This document shows positions 1-10,503 of a stretch of DNA of 64,000 nt, piece after piece. Both the position numbers and the translations under genes were made by a program. Origin of the DNA: Bacteroidota bacterium (GTDB taxonomy: Bacteria > Bacteroidota > Bacteroidia > B-17B0 > Aurantibacillaceae); NCBI GenBank assembly GCA_016185125.1, contig JACPOC010000025.1:222773-286772 (forward strand), read 5' to 3'. The number at the start of each line of letters is the position of its first letter. Within the stretch, counting starts at the first letter, position 1. Under the pieces are notes generated by a model, which saw only the letters and a program-made list of their open reading frames with translations, did no database searches and was not told the origin of the DNA.

Positions 1-398
1 TCGCTGCATCTTTTATTAATTATCAGGGATTTAAACGTACTTATTATTCAACTACACAAGGGTCTTTTGGCACATCAACTTCAATTGCCACGGTTACAAG
101 CAATTTGAATGCGGTTGCTTATGGAGGTTTTGTAAATTTTGGGCAACAGCATATTCTGGGTAATATTTTAACTCTGGATTACTATGTAGGAATTGGATTT
201 ACTGCCTATAATTATCAGTACACAAATATAAATTACACTACACTTGGTAATACAAGTTATTACATTAGGGATTTAGAAGCAAATGGTATATATAATTTTT
301 ATGGCTTTTTAAGAGCCCCGGCAGGCTTATCATTTACCTCAGGATTCAGAATAGGTTATATTATTCCTGCAACTACAAAAAAAAGAAAAACGACGTAA
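1..398 (+). CDS. hypothetical protein, 5'-partial (continues upstream of the window)
   Basis: The frame of nt 3 is open from the window edge to the stop at 396-398, so the annotated Met at 105 is probably internal. The sequence is Gly/Tyr/Asn-rich and beta-strand-like. No family recognised. Confidence 0.45.
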   Translation, partial: AASFINYQGFKRTYYSTTQGSFGTSTSIATVTSNLNAVAYGGFVNFGQQHILGNILTLDYYVGIGFTAYNYQYTNINYTTLGNTSYYIRDLEANGIYNFYGFLRAPAGLSFTSGFRIGYIIPATTKKRKTT

Positions 399-405
399 AG
401 CATTC

Positions 406-2565
406 TTACTTCACCAGATTTAATTCATTAATAAGATTTGTAGCACCACCTAATTTGTCAACTACAAATAGCATGTAGCGAATGTCGAGGCAAATAGTAC
501 GGTTCAGTTCCTTATCAAATGCTATCTTATGGCCCAGGGCTTCATAATTTCCGTCAAAACATAGGCCAATTAATTCGCCTTTGGCATTTAAAACAGGTGA
601 GCCTGAGTTGCCTCCTGTAATATCATTTGTGGTAATAAAAGTTACTACTATATCGTTAGTTGTTTTATCTACGTACTGTCCGTAATCTTTTTTATCAAAC
701 AATTCCATTAATTTAACAGGCGCATCAAATTCGTAATCGCCCGGTTTATATTTTTCCTTAATTCCCGCAAGCGTACAGATATAGCTGTATTTTACCCCAT
801 CCCGCGGTGTGTAGGATTTTACATTGCCGTAATTTAACCGCATGGTTTGATTAGCATCAGGATACATAGGCTTATCCTTTTGCATTTCTAAAACCCCTTT
901 TAAATATTTATTATTTAAAACATAATTAGCACCCGTAAAATCAGAATAATACTTTGAGTAATTTAAATTGTAATTATCGGCAAAAGCCAGTGCGGTTTTA
1001 TACGCCGGATCGTTGTGCAGTTTCGCGGTGTCGGGCTTATTTAAAAAACTATCGAATTTTTCTTTGCTTAATAACATAGTATTATCAAACACAAAAGAAG
1101 AATACTTTTTAAATGTTTCTTCATTTTCCAAGACGCCGTAATTACCTTTAAGGAAACTGTAAAAAGCTTGGGGACGCTGTTCTGCGTCAATATCCGTGTA
1201 AAACATTTTGAGAACAATGGCCATAATGTTTTTATCTGAAGCTACATTTTCTCCCTTTAAAAATCGGGTGTGAGAGGCTTTTACTGCTTGAATTAACTTG
1301 GTAACATCGTCAGGATTTGCTTTTGGATTAGACAAAGTTGCATCTAACGCTTTAAGGCTTGCCGCAAAACCCAATAAAGGTGAGCCATAAATGCCCTCCG
1401 TTATATACATGCGATGTTTTGCATAAGGACGCCAGTTATCATACGTATTTTTTATATCAGAGAATAAATTATTATACTCCGGTTTACCTTTTGCCCAAGC
1501 CTCAAAAGCCGACTCATCTTTTTTCTTAAGATCCACCACATTTAATTTTACAAGTTGTTTAGCCTCTCCGTCAAAAAACTTCCAGTAATTTGCTATGCCG
1601 GCATAAGAACCGGCAAGTTGAATTTTTACTGCCGGATCTTTTATCATTTCGGCCAGCATACATTTTAAACGTGCATCGCGCAGGTTCACTAAACTTGGAT
1701 TATCAATATCTATCTTTAATTTAACGCCGTATGAAGTTTCATAACGGTTGGTGCTTCCGGGATAACCGTAAATCATCGCATAATCTCCATCCTTAATTCC
1801 TTTTAATGATACCGGCAGAACATGCTTTGGCTGGTAAGGAACATTTTCGGCGGAATATTCCGCAGGCTTTCCATCCTTACCCGCGTACACTCTAAAAATT
1901 GAAAAATCGCCTGTATGGCGCGGCCACTCCCAATTATCGGTATCGCCTCCAAATTTGCCAATGCTTTCAGGCGGGGCACCAACCAGGCGAACATCCTTAT
2001 AACGCTGATAGGTAAATTGAAGGAATTGATTGCCTTTAAAAAACGTGCTAATGCGCACTTCGTAACCTGTGCCTTCCGCCGCTTTGTTTGACATTTCAGC
2101 GATGACCCCCGGCAACTTAACAGCCAATTCTTCTGACTTAAAGGATTTCATTTTTTCAGTTACTTGAGATGTAACATCTTCTACCTTCACTAAAAACTGC
2201 ACGCTCAATCCCGGGCAGGCAATTTCTTCATTTTTAGATTTGGCCCAAAAGCCATCCTTTAAATAATTATGTTCCACGGAACTGGATTGCGCGATGTTAT
2301 CGTACCCGCAATGGTGGTTGGTAAATAATAAACCTTCTTTGCTTACAATTTCGGCCGTGCAGCCACCGCCAAATAAAACAATAGCATCTTTAATACTATT
2401 GTTATTAATGCTGTATAATTGCTCTTTTGAAAGCTTTAAGCCCTTCTTAACCATATCAGTATACACTTTATCGCCAAGCAATTGCACCAGCCACATCCCT
2501 TCATCGGCCTTAATAAAAGAATTAAAACAAAAAGAGATAATAAGAATACCTAAGAACTTTTTCAT
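406..2565 (-). CDS. S46 family dipeptidyl-peptidase (DPP7/DPP11-like serine peptidase)
   Basis: 719 aa. A signal peptide is followed by 'ADEGMWL'. His context 'FTNHHCGY' and Ser context 'TGGNSGSPVLN' are typical of family S46. Confidence 0.9.
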   Translation of the reverse strand: MKKFLGILIISFCFNSFIKADEGMWLVQLLGDKVYTDMVKKGLKLSKEQLYSINNNSIKDAIVLFGGGCTAEIVSKEGLLFTNHHCGYDNIAQSSSVEHNYLKDGFWAKSKNEEIACPGLSVQFLVKVEDVTSQVTEKMKSFKSEELAVKLPGVIAEMSNKAAEGTGYEVRISTFFKGNQFLQFTYQRYKDVRLVGAPPESIGKFGGDTDNWEWPRHTGDFSIFRVYAGKDGKPAEYSAENVPYQPKHVLPVSLKGIKDGDYAMIYGYPGSTNRYETSYGVKLKIDIDNPSLVNLRDARLKCMLAEMIKDPAVKIQLAGSYAGIANYWKFFDGEAKQLVKLNVVDLKKKDESAFEAWAKGKPEYNNLFSDIKNTYDNWRPYAKHRMYITEGIYGSPLLGFAASLKALDATLSNPKANPDDVTKLIQAVKASHTRFLKGENVASDKNIMAIVLKMFYTDIDAEQRPQAFYSFLKGNYGVLENEETFKKYSSFVFDNTMLLSKEKFDSFLNKPDTAKLHNDPAYKTALAFADNYNLNYSKYYSDFTGANYVLNNKYLKGVLEMQKDKPMYPDANQTMRLNYGNVKSYTPRDGVKYSYICTLAGIKEKYKPGDYEFDAPVKLMELFDKKDYGQYVDKTTNDIVVTFITTNDITGGNSGSPVLNAKGELIGLCFDGNYEALGHKIAFDKELNRTICLDIRYMLFVVDKLGGATNLINELNLVK

Positions 2566-2585
2566 GTGTAATTAAAATTGAAGCG

Positions 2586-2593
2586 CAAAAATA
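2586..2593 (-). promoter_or_regulatory. candidate Bacteroidota -7 box (TAnnTTTG on minus strand)
   Basis: Plus-strand 'CAAAAATA' is the reverse complement of TATTTTTG. It lies 21 nt upstream of the S46 peptidase start codon. Confidence 0.35.
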
Positions 2594-2818
2594 GCACGAA
2601 TTAAGATACGTTTTAGATTTTTAGATAAACGCAGGTTTATGAGGGTGATATCAATAAAAAGAACCCATCAATAAAATGGCATTTTTAAAATCAGCCTGTT
2701 TTCCTTAATCTGCTAAAAAGTATTGACAGATTGAAAAGGTTAGGTCACGGGTAATTCAAGAACTATAAAGTAGTTATTTCATGTGATAAAAGACTACACT
2801 ATTAGGGAGCAGTATAAT

Positions 2819-4336
2819 TTATTTTTTCTCTTTCTTATCCGCTTTTTCAAGCAGTTTAAGCATTTCAATTACCTGATCGGCACTTAAACGTTTGGCTTTA
2901 ATTTTTTTATCCTTATCAAGAATATAAATTACAGGGGTGGAATAAATATCAAAACGCTCTTTTAAATTATTTAAATGGATGGGATCAAACACATTTATAA
3001 ATTCAAGTTTTTTTTCAATAATAAATTTACGCCAGGCTTCAAAATCATCTTTTGTTTGCACTGAAAAAACTTTATAGTCTATCTGTCCTTTAAGTTCCTT
3101 TAAATTATCCTGAAGCTTAGGGATTTCTGTTTGACAATGCCCGCAATCGGAAGCCCAAAACACTAACACTGTATATTTGGCATTTACCGAATAAAGGGTT
3201 TTAAACATAGGCGTAAGTTTTTCCAAATTCTTATAGTAAAGATCAGTTACGCTTTTACTGGTTTTGCAAGTATCAAATCCCATCTTCATCACCTGCTTGC
3301 CATAGGTAGTATCAATCATGTATAATTCAGAAACCTTAGCTTCCAGTAATAAATTACGTATAATATCCACCCGTTCTTTTACTTTGCCAATAGTTTCCTG
3401 GGTATAGCCCAGTTTTTTTGATGCACCGTTAATAATATATTTATCAGCCATGTGAACAAATATTTTATCAAAACCCATTATTTTACTCTGCTCATACTTG
3501 TAAGTAAAATAAACAATCAAGGTGTTATAAATTAAGCTGTCCTTATTGCATTGCAAAATAATTTTATCAATCTCGTTTATAACAGTATCAGGGTGTTGAA
3601 CGATTACATTATCAAAATACTTTTTTACACGGTCGTCAAAAAATGGAGTGCGAATTATGCGATCATCTTTAAAGTCTACACCGTCAAAATAATGATTTTT
3701 GTAATAATAATATTGATAAACACTGTCGGGCCTTCCATTACCGGCTTTAGGAACGGTGGTGGGTTCCTTTTCAGTTTTTAAATTTAAAACATCATACACA
3801 AAAGTTCCCTTGACTTTCAGCATAAAATCTGCATCAAACTTTTTAACGTCTTCGTTCAGGATTTTAAATTTTTCGGTAATAAATTTAATACTATCGGCTT
3901 TGCTTTTTCCGGCAGATTGCTCACGAATTTTAATAAATTCCTGATTTTTATTAGTGATGAATTTAATATAGGCGAAGAAATTTTCGTTTTCTTTATTTCC
4001 TGCGGACTTTAAATTATTTACCACTTCAGCATTATCCGTACTAATTGCAAACTTTTGACTTTCATTTATAAAAAAATCAAAATAAATTGATTTAGCCTGA
4101 CTAACCAATGTATACACACCTTTATCGAGCGCGCGCTTTCCCTTAAATTCGATTAAACCATTTTTTATTTTTTTACAAGTATCTACAATATATTGTTGAT
4201 CCCAAGTATATTTTACCAAATAGGCCGAAGTATCTTTACAGCCTTTAAAGTTTATTTTTATATCATAGGCGTTTTGTGCCCTTACTGAACTGAATGAAAG
4301 TAAAAGAAGTAAAAAAGCTATTGATAATTGTTTCAT
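2819..4336 (-). CDS. secreted thioredoxin-fold (TlpA/AhpC-TSA-like) thiol-disulfide oxidoreductase with a long N-terminal domain
   Basis: The C-terminal motif 'VLVFWASDCGHCQTEIPKL' is a CxxC thioredoxin fold. I start the gene at the internal Met 'MKQLSIAFLLLLLSFSSVRAQ' (ATG at 4336), which gives a signal peptide. The longer ORF to 4447 would overlap the upstream paralogue. Confidence 0.8.
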   Translation of the reverse strand: MKQLSIAFLLLLLSFSSVRAQNAYDIKINFKGCKDTSAYLVKYTWDQQYIVDTCKKIKNGLIEFKGKRALDKGVYTLVSQAKSIYFDFFINESQKFAISTDNAEVVNNLKSAGNKENENFFAYIKFITNKNQEFIKIREQSAGKSKADSIKFITEKFKILNEDVKKFDADFMLKVKGTFVYDVLNLKTEKEPTTVPKAGNGRPDSVYQYYYYKNHYFDGVDFKDDRIIRTPFFDDRVKKYFDNVIVQHPDTVINEIDKIILQCNKDSLIYNTLIVYFTYKYEQSKIMGFDKIFVHMADKYIINGASKKLGYTQETIGKVKERVDIIRNLLLEAKVSELYMIDTTYGKQVMKMGFDTCKTSKSVTDLYYKNLEKLTPMFKTLYSVNAKYTVLVFWASDCGHCQTEIPKLQDNLKELKGQIDYKVFSVQTKDDFEAWRKFIIEKKLEFINVFDPIHLNNLKERFDIYSTPVIYILDKDKKIKAKRLSADQVIEMLKLLEKADKKEKK

Positions 4337-4385
4337 AAAAATAAAATTGCGTAAAATAATAAGCGTTAATAAAATATAAATGTAA

Positions 4386-5924
4386 TTATTTGCTTTGTTC
4401 TTTTTCCATCTTTTCAAACATTTCAAGTAATTCCACAACCTGCTCATGCCCTATTTTTTTTGCCTTGATCTTTTTATTTTTATCAAGGATGTAAATTATA
4501 GGAGTCGAATTAATATCAAAACGTTCTTTTAAATTATTCAAATGCATGGGGTCAAAAACATTTATAAAATCTAATTTTTTATCTATTATAAATTTTCGCC
4601 AAGGTTCATATTCATCTTTTGTTTGCACAGCGAATACTTTAAAATCAATTTTACCTTTAATTTTATCTAAATTTTCTTTCAATTTAGGGATATCGGTTTG
4701 GCAATGCCCGCAATCAGATGCCCAGAAAACAAGCACCGTGTATTTAGCGTTTACACTCGATAGAGTTTTGTACAAAGGTTTCAATTGTGTTTCCTTTTTG
4801 TAATAAAGATCGCTTAACGTTTTGCTTGATTTACATGTATCAAAGCCCATTTTCATTACTTGTTTGCCATGAATGGTATCTATCATAAAAAGCTCTGCAA
4901 CGGTGGCTCCCGGAAGTAAGTTTCTTATAATGTCAGTTCGCTCTTTAATTGCTTTTACGGTTTCTTCGGTGTAAACGCCTTTGGCCTTTCCGTTTAAAAT
5001 ATAATTATCTGATAAATGCACAAAAACTTTTTCATACGTAAGAGCGTTGCCATTTTTATCAAACAGCATATTTTTATTCGTTTCGGCTTTATAAGTAAAA
5101 TAGCCAAGCATAGAATTATAAACCAAGTTTCCCTCTTTACACTTTGCAAAAAGTTTATCAATTTCTGCAATCATGGTATCAGGATGCTGAATAATAACAC
5201 TTTCAAAATATCTTTTTACTCTTTCATGAAAAAAAGGTGTTCTTATAATTCGTTCATCTTTAAAATCAATGCCGTCAAAAAAATGATTTTTATAATAATA
5301 ATATTGATACACGCTGTCCGGCCTTCCGTTACTTGCCTTTGGAGGATTTGGATTTTCCTTTTCAATTTTAAGGTTAACAAAATCGGCAACAAAATTTCCC
5401 TTGTTCTTCTCAAGAAAATCACGATCGCTGTGCTTGGCCGCTTTCATAAACTCAGCCGACTTTTCATTCATAAATTGCAAGCTATCGGCTTTACTTTTGC
5501 CTTTTGTAAGATCTCGCAACTTCATAAACTCTTTGTTTTTTTCATTCATGCCTTTTAGATAAGAAAAAAGCAGTTCGTTTTCTTTACTTCCTGTAAACTT
5601 TAAAGTATTTCCAAAATCGGCAATATCGGCAGATATCGTAAATTTTTGAGTTTCGTTGATGATAAAATCAAAATAGGTTGTCATTGCCTGGCTAACCAAA
5701 ACGTACACTCCTTTATCCAATTCAATTTTGCCTGTAAATCGCGCCTGCCCGTTCTTTACATTTTTGCAGGTATCGGCTACATACTTCTGATCCCAAATAT
5801 ACTTTACCAAATAAAGAATCGTATCCTTTCCCCCTTTAAAATTAACCTTAATGTCGTAACCTGACTGAGCCGGACTAATTAAAGCGAATAGGGAAATACA
5901 AAAAGCAATGGAAAGTTTTTTCAT
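4386..5924 (-). CDS. secreted thioredoxin-fold (TlpA-like) protein, tandem paralogue of 2819-4336
   Basis: 512 aa, collinear with the neighbouring gene over its whole length (for example 'YDIKVNFKGGKDT', 'GRPDSVYQYYYYKNH', 'VLVFWASDCGHCQTDIPKL'). Has a signal peptide. Confidence 0.85.
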   Translation of the reverse strand: MKKLSIAFCISLFALISPAQSGYDIKVNFKGGKDTILYLVKYIWDQKYVADTCKNVKNGQARFTGKIELDKGVYVLVSQAMTTYFDFIINETQKFTISADIADFGNTLKFTGSKENELLFSYLKGMNEKNKEFMKLRDLTKGKSKADSLQFMNEKSAEFMKAAKHSDRDFLEKNKGNFVADFVNLKIEKENPNPPKASNGRPDSVYQYYYYKNHFFDGIDFKDERIIRTPFFHERVKRYFESVIIQHPDTMIAEIDKLFAKCKEGNLVYNSMLGYFTYKAETNKNMLFDKNGNALTYEKVFVHLSDNYILNGKAKGVYTEETVKAIKERTDIIRNLLPGATVAELFMIDTIHGKQVMKMGFDTCKSSKTLSDLYYKKETQLKPLYKTLSSVNAKYTVLVFWASDCGHCQTDIPKLKENLDKIKGKIDFKVFAVQTKDEYEPWRKFIIDKKLDFINVFDPMHLNNLKERFDINSTPIIYILDKNKKIKAKKIGHEQVVELLEMFEKMEKEQSK

Positions 5925-5945
5925 GTGAGGGTTTATTTATCAAAA

Positions 5946-6974
5946 TTAATAATTGCCTGCTTTATACCTCAAATCCCGTACCATATTTTTAAGTTCGCCA
6001 TTGTAAATTTTGTTAAAAACGTCTTCCAAACTATCCTGCAAGCTATCGTATTGTTCAAAGTCAATAAAATAAGCATTTTTTGCCGATAATATTATTTTTT
6101 TTCGGGACGTTAGCTTCAGCGTATCAATGCCGGGTAAAAAACGAATGCTATCGGCAATTTTATCTATTGCTTTTAATTTTATGATGTATTTATTTGGGTT
6201 GTTATTTATACCTTGATAGAGTTTTTTAATACGTAAACTTTGCCTGAGCATATAATTACGATAGATGGTTTTATCCTTTTGATCATCTAAATATTTCTTT
6301 AGAGCTACAATATCATTATTTAAAAATTGAACCGTTGCTTTATGAGCTATAAAACTGGCAATATTCTCATTAAAATTAACCGAATTTTGAGCATAATACG
6401 TAGCATGAAAAAGCTCATGAAAAAAAAGATTACAAATTTCGCCTTTATTTTTTTGAAGCGAATTACTTAAAACAGGATCATTTAACCAACCTAAGGTACT
6501 CCACGCAGAAACACTCCTGATATCCACATCAAACCCTAAAGATTTAAAATGATTGAAACTTTTTAAGGCAAGTTCTTTTTTAAAATAACCTTTATAACTA
6601 ACACTTCCAACCACCGGAAATTTCCATTCATAAGCTTTTAATTCATACGGTTGGCTTACAGTTAACACCCATAGTATTGGAGAGTTGTGTTGGTCGTAAA
6701 TACGTGTAAAATTATTGGTTGGCTTGTAATTTAAACTATCCACCGAAAACATTTTAATTTGCTCGATGAGCTTTATTTTTTTTATAATCCTTTCTTCATT
6801 TTTATTGCGTTTAGCAAAATGTTCGATGCTTTCTGTATTTATCAATATTTGTAACTGCCCTTTTGCCTGATAAAAAAGATAAACAGAATCATTTTTATTT
6901 ATTACCAATAACATTACAATGGCAAACAAACAATAACTTAAACATAACCTTAGCCATCTCCATAAAACAATCAT
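5946..6974 (-). CDS. putative zinc aminopeptidase (HExxH; COG4324-like)
   Basis: 342 aa with an N-terminal membrane anchor or signal and the motif 'FFHELFHATYY'. The family assignment is from memory of predicted aminopeptidases and is tentative. Confidence 0.6.
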   Translation of the reverse strand: MIVLWRWLRLCLSYCLFAIVMLLVINKNDSVYLFYQAKGQLQILINTESIEHFAKRNKNEERIIKKIKLIEQIKMFSVDSLNYKPTNNFTRIYDQHNSPILWVLTVSQPYELKAYEWKFPVVGSVSYKGYFKKELALKSFNHFKSLGFDVDIRSVSAWSTLGWLNDPVLSNSLQKNKGEICNLFFHELFHATYYAQNSVNFNENIASFIAHKATVQFLNNDIVALKKYLDDQKDKTIYRNYMLRQSLRIKKLYQGINNNPNKYIIKLKAIDKIADSIRFLPGIDTLKLTSRKKIILSAKNAYFIDFEQYDSLQDSLEDVFNKIYNGELKNMVRDLRYKAGNY

Positions 6975-7016
6975 ACTTAATGTGTAACTTTGTTTGGTTT
7001 TTGTATTATAAAAATA

Positions 7017-7946
7017 ATGTTTAAAGCGGCATCATTTATTTTTTTAGCGTTTATTACCACTGTTCGGGCGCAAAAAAGCGACAGTGCCCTTGCATTTTTT
7101 AAGCAAGCCGAGCAGGAATTAAAATTACTTCAAAAAGAAACTTTTTACAGTAGAAAAGAAGCTGAGCGCGTGGCGGGCAATAAAAAATTTATTAAAGCCT
7201 GGGATGCAATTGTCAGCAATCCTGAAGTTCTGAATTATCCCTTCGATAGCTTAAATGATATTTCTATTCTTGAGCCAAAAAATCATAAATTTAAATTGAT
7301 AACCTGGAATTTACATAAGGACGATGGCACTCATGGTTTTTTTGGATATCTTTTGGTAAACAACAGCAAGCGAATTAAAAAAGGATTGTTGGGGCATGAA
7401 ACCATTGAAGCGTACGAATATTTTAAGCTCATTGATAATTCGGGTTCCATTAAAAATCCTGAAAATTATATTGGTTCGCCTGCAAAATGGTACGGCATGC
7501 TGTATTATTCTTTAATTGAATGCAACGGTTTTTATACTCTTTTAGCATGGGATGGAAATGATAATCTCACGCAAAAAAAAATAGTGGATGTGCTTTATTT
7601 TAAACCCGATGGCACTCCTGTTTTTGGAAAAGATGTTTTTAAATTTCCGCGTAAAAACCCAAGACGACTTATTTTTGAGTACAGCAGCGAGGTGAGCATG
7701 AGCTTAAAATTCAATGAAAAAAGAAAGCAGATCATCTACAGCCATCTTGCCCCAAAAGATGAGGGCAGCGTGCTCGAAGGCCAATACCAATATTACGGGC
7801 CCGATGGCAGTTTTGATGCCTTAGAATTAAAAAAAGATAAATGGATTACGCTTGAGGCCGTAGATATTACCAACGAAAAAAACAAAAACGATAAAGCTGA
7901 AAAACCAAATCCGGCTGATCAAACTCCTATTTTTAAACCTAAATAA
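7017..7946 (+). CDS. hypothetical secreted protein
   Basis: Long ORF. ATG at 7017 gives the signal peptide 'MFKAASFIFLAFITTVRAQ'. No family recognised. Confidence 0.6.
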   Translation: MFKAASFIFLAFITTVRAQKSDSALAFFKQAEQELKLLQKETFYSRKEAERVAGNKKFIKAWDAIVSNPEVLNYPFDSLNDISILEPKNHKFKLITWNLHKDDGTHGFFGYLLVNNSKRIKKGLLGHETIEAYEYFKLIDNSGSIKNPENYIGSPAKWYGMLYYSLIECNGFYTLLAWDGNDNLTQKKIVDVLYFKPDGTPVFGKDVFKFPRKNPRRLIFEYSSEVSMSLKFNEKRKQIIYSHLAPKDEGSVLEGQYQYYGPDGSFDALELKKDKWITLEAVDITNEKNKNDKAEKPNPADQTPIFKPK

Positions 7947-7959
7947 ATAATTCTTTTAA

Positions 7960-8337
7960 TTAAGGCTTGTAAATTAATTTATTGCCGGGAAGAAGCACTA
8001 AAGCATCTTTAAACCCGGGCAAAATAACTGTTACTTCTTCATTTGCTTTCCGCTGAGATTCAAAACGTGTGATGTCGATTATTTCTTCATTTAAAGTAAC
8101 ACCCTCAGTTAAATGGTTTCTTTTTACATAAAAAGATTCGGAATAATACCACATTTCTTTGGTATATAAAAGCTTGTTGTTTTCTCTCCACTCATTAAAA
8201 GAGCTGTAACCGGTATGTTTAAAATGAATATAAGGCTCAAACTTTTTAATTTTTTCAGCATTAAGCTTTATTTCATTTGTTTGGGATGTAACCGCTAAGG
8301 AAATAAGGATAAAAAGCGAGAAGATAATTCTTTTCAT
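7960..8337 (-). CDS. hypothetical small secreted protein
   Basis: 125 aa with an N-terminal signal peptide 'MKRIIFSLFILISLAVTSQ'. Confidence 0.55.
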   Translation of the reverse strand: MKRIIFSLFILISLAVTSQTNEIKLNAEKIKKFEPYIHFKHTGYSSFNEWRENNKLLYTKEMWYYSESFYVKRNHLTEGVTLNEEIIDITRFESQRKANEEVTVILPGFKDALVLLPGNKLIYKP

Positions 8338-8497
8338 ATTTTAATTTTTTAATAAATCAATTGCACCTAAAATTATATATCATAAAGTTAAGGTAAAACC
8401 ACTAACATCATACATATTTCACTCATTCATAAGCTCATTTTACTAAGTTTATGCGGTTTTTACCGGTATGGGTCCAAATTCCATTCAAAAACCAAAC

Positions 8498-8521
8498 AAA
8501 AAAAGCCTGCTTTTAACAGGC
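8498..8521 (-). terminator. putative intrinsic terminator of the BI-1 family gene
   Basis: GCCTG/CAGGC stem with a 7-nt loop, followed on the minus strand by a 7-U run (plus-strand A run 8498-8504). Confidence 0.5.
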
Positions 8522-8542
8522 AATTTCTTAAAGAAGAATAAT

Positions 8543-9280
8543 TTAATCTTTTCTTCCGCCAAACAAACGGAGAAGAAATAAAAATAAGTTGATAAAGTCA
8601 AGGTATAAAGTCAAGGCACCCATGATGCCCATTTTTTTAGCAAACACATCGCCTTGGCCTTCGGAGCCCAGATTCTTTATTTTCTGAACATCGTAAGCTG
8701 TTAATCCTGTAAAAATAATCACCCCTAAAATTGAAATGATATAATCCATTTTTTCGCTCTGCATAAACATATTTATCAAGGAAGCAATTACAATTCCTAT
8801 CAATCCTATCATCAATAAACTGCCTAATTTGGTAAGATCGGTTTTAGTAGTATACCCCACAATGGCCATTAACGCAAACAAGGCGGCAGTACTTAAAAAC
8901 ACTTTATAAATAGAACCAATTGAATAAACATAAAATATAAAACTGAAACTTATTCCGTTAATTACTGAGTAAGCCACAAAGGTTGCTATCAAAACAGGCA
9001 GCGACATTTTATTAACGCCAAAGCTCATTAATAAAACAAAAATAAGCGGCGCAAACATTACCACATAAGCCAGAATAGTGGGCTTAACGCCGAATTCAGT
9101 TGGCTCCAGTAATAATGCCGTTAACTGCGGCACAAAAGCAAAAAGCAAGGAAGAAAGCGTGGTTAACACCATGGCTATTGCCATCCACAAAAAAGAAGAA
9201 CGTAAAATGGTTCTTTCATTTAAAATTGTTGCAGACTGAATACTGTCGATATTGGTACTTCTGTAATTTGTTGTTTCCAT
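8543..9280 (-). CDS. Bax inhibitor-1/YccA family membrane protein
   Basis: 245 aa with about 7 hydrophobic segments and the basic C-terminal tail 'LLRLFGGRKD' typical of the family. Confidence 0.85.
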   Translation of the reverse strand: METTNYRSTNIDSIQSATILNERTILRSSFLWMAIAMVLTTLSSLLFAFVPQLTALLLEPTEFGVKPTILAYVVMFAPLIFVLLMSFGVNKMSLPVLIATFVAYSVINGISFSFIFYVYSIGSIYKVFLSTAALFALMAIVGYTTKTDLTKLGSLLMIGLIGIVIASLINMFMQSEKMDYIISILGVIIFTGLTAYDVQKIKNLGSEGQGDVFAKKMGIMGALTLYLDFINLFLFLLRLFGGRKD

Positions 9281-9340
9281 TATTAAACTAATTTGACATC
9301 AAAATTAATAAAATATTGCTTAGATGAATGGTTAAGAAAT

Positions 9341-10216
9341 CTAAAAATACAGATCGCTGGTTTTTAAGCGCAGATAACGTAAAACAGCAAACATGGCGCT
9401 CATGGCCGAAATAATAATTCCCATCAACACCAATAACCCGAAAAGAACTAATAACACATTTTCATCCTGAAGCTGAAGCAGGTCAGGAATAAAACGGGTA
9501 CTCAACACCAAAAAGCCGGCCAATAAAGCCCCGGCAATTATTCCCGCTATTACACCCTGCCGTATTCCTTTAAAAATAAAGGGGCGACTAATAAACGCCC
9601 TGGTAGCCCCCACCAAATACATGGTACGAATTAAAAACCGTTGCGAATAAATAGATAAACGAATGGTATTATTGATTAAAGCAATAGCCACAATTAATAA
9701 AGCTCCGCTAAAAATAAGGATGAAGAAAGCAATGGCGTTGGTATTTTTATTAAGACTGTTGATCATATCTTTTTGATACACCACTTCTTTAATGATGGAT
9801 TGATGTTTTTGCAGAAGATTTTTCTCAACACTCATCAAAGTATCGCTGTCGGCAAAAGCGGCGTTAAGTTTTACTTCAATACAGTTGAGGAGCGGATTAC
9901 TTCCTAAAAAACTTACAAAATCTTCGCCCAGATCGGTTTTTAATTTTTCGGCAGCCTGTTCTTTATTTATTAAAATAACACTTTTTGCGTAGCGCGAATT
10001 GGTTATTTCCTGAACCAGGCCATCGGTTTGTGCCGAAGAAGCGGTATCTTTTAAATAGATTTGAAAGCCCACGTTTTCTTTAAAATGCTGGCTGAGTTTA
10101 TTGGCATTAATAACCAGCAAACCCAAGGCACCAAGCATAAACAGCACCAAAGCCAAACTGATAATAACGGTAAACCCCGAAGTTCTTAAACGTTTTTTAG
10201 TTAAATTATCGCTCAC
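9341..10216 (-). CDS. ftsX: cell division permease FtsX-like
   Basis: 291 aa with one N-terminal TM, a periplasmic loop and three C-terminal TMs (FtsX topology). N-terminus 'KKRLRTSGFTVIISLALVLFMLG'. GTG start. Confidence 0.8.
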   Translation of the reverse strand: MSDNLTKKRLRTSGFTVIISLALVLFMLGALGLLVINANKLSQHFKENVGFQIYLKDTASSAQTDGLVQEITNSRYAKSVILINKEQAAEKLKTDLGEDFVSFLGSNPLLNCIEVKLNAAFADSDTLMSVEKNLLQKHQSIIKEVVYQKDMINSLNKNTNAIAFFILIFSGALLIVAIALINNTIRLSIYSQRFLIRTMYLVGATRAFISRPFIFKGIRQGVIAGIIAGALLAGFLVLSTRFIPDLLQLQDENVLLVLFGLLVLMGIIISAMSAMFAVLRYLRLKTSDLYF

Positions 10217-10503
10217 AAAGCGAAATTATTTTTTTTACAGCCTTGTTGCGGCTCATAAGAATTAATTAATTAACAGGGTTTTGTTGGTTTAAGGTTTCGC
10301 TCTAAAAAGCCAAAGCTGCATTTCATGGGCTAAAACGTGCATTTTATTAAAACAAAAATAAATTAACTTTTATTTGCATATTAAAAAGCAATCTATATAT
10401 TTGTCTTATAAAACATCATACATACTCTATAGGTTCTATTAACCTTGAACTTAATACTACAAACAAATCAAAATACGGTTTTTTCTTAGGGTATGTTTAC
10501 CAA

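Noticed and set aside
4337-4447. 37-codon upstream extension of the TlpA-like ORF
   Set aside because: It would overlap the 3' end of the upstream paralogue and would put a basic, non-signal sequence in front of an otherwise perfect signal peptide.
5016-5558. 180-aa ORF antisense inside the second TlpA-like gene
   Set aside because: It is a low-complexity Ile/Phe/Lys-rich shadow ORF, typical of AT-rich antisense strands. It lies entirely within a well-supported gene.
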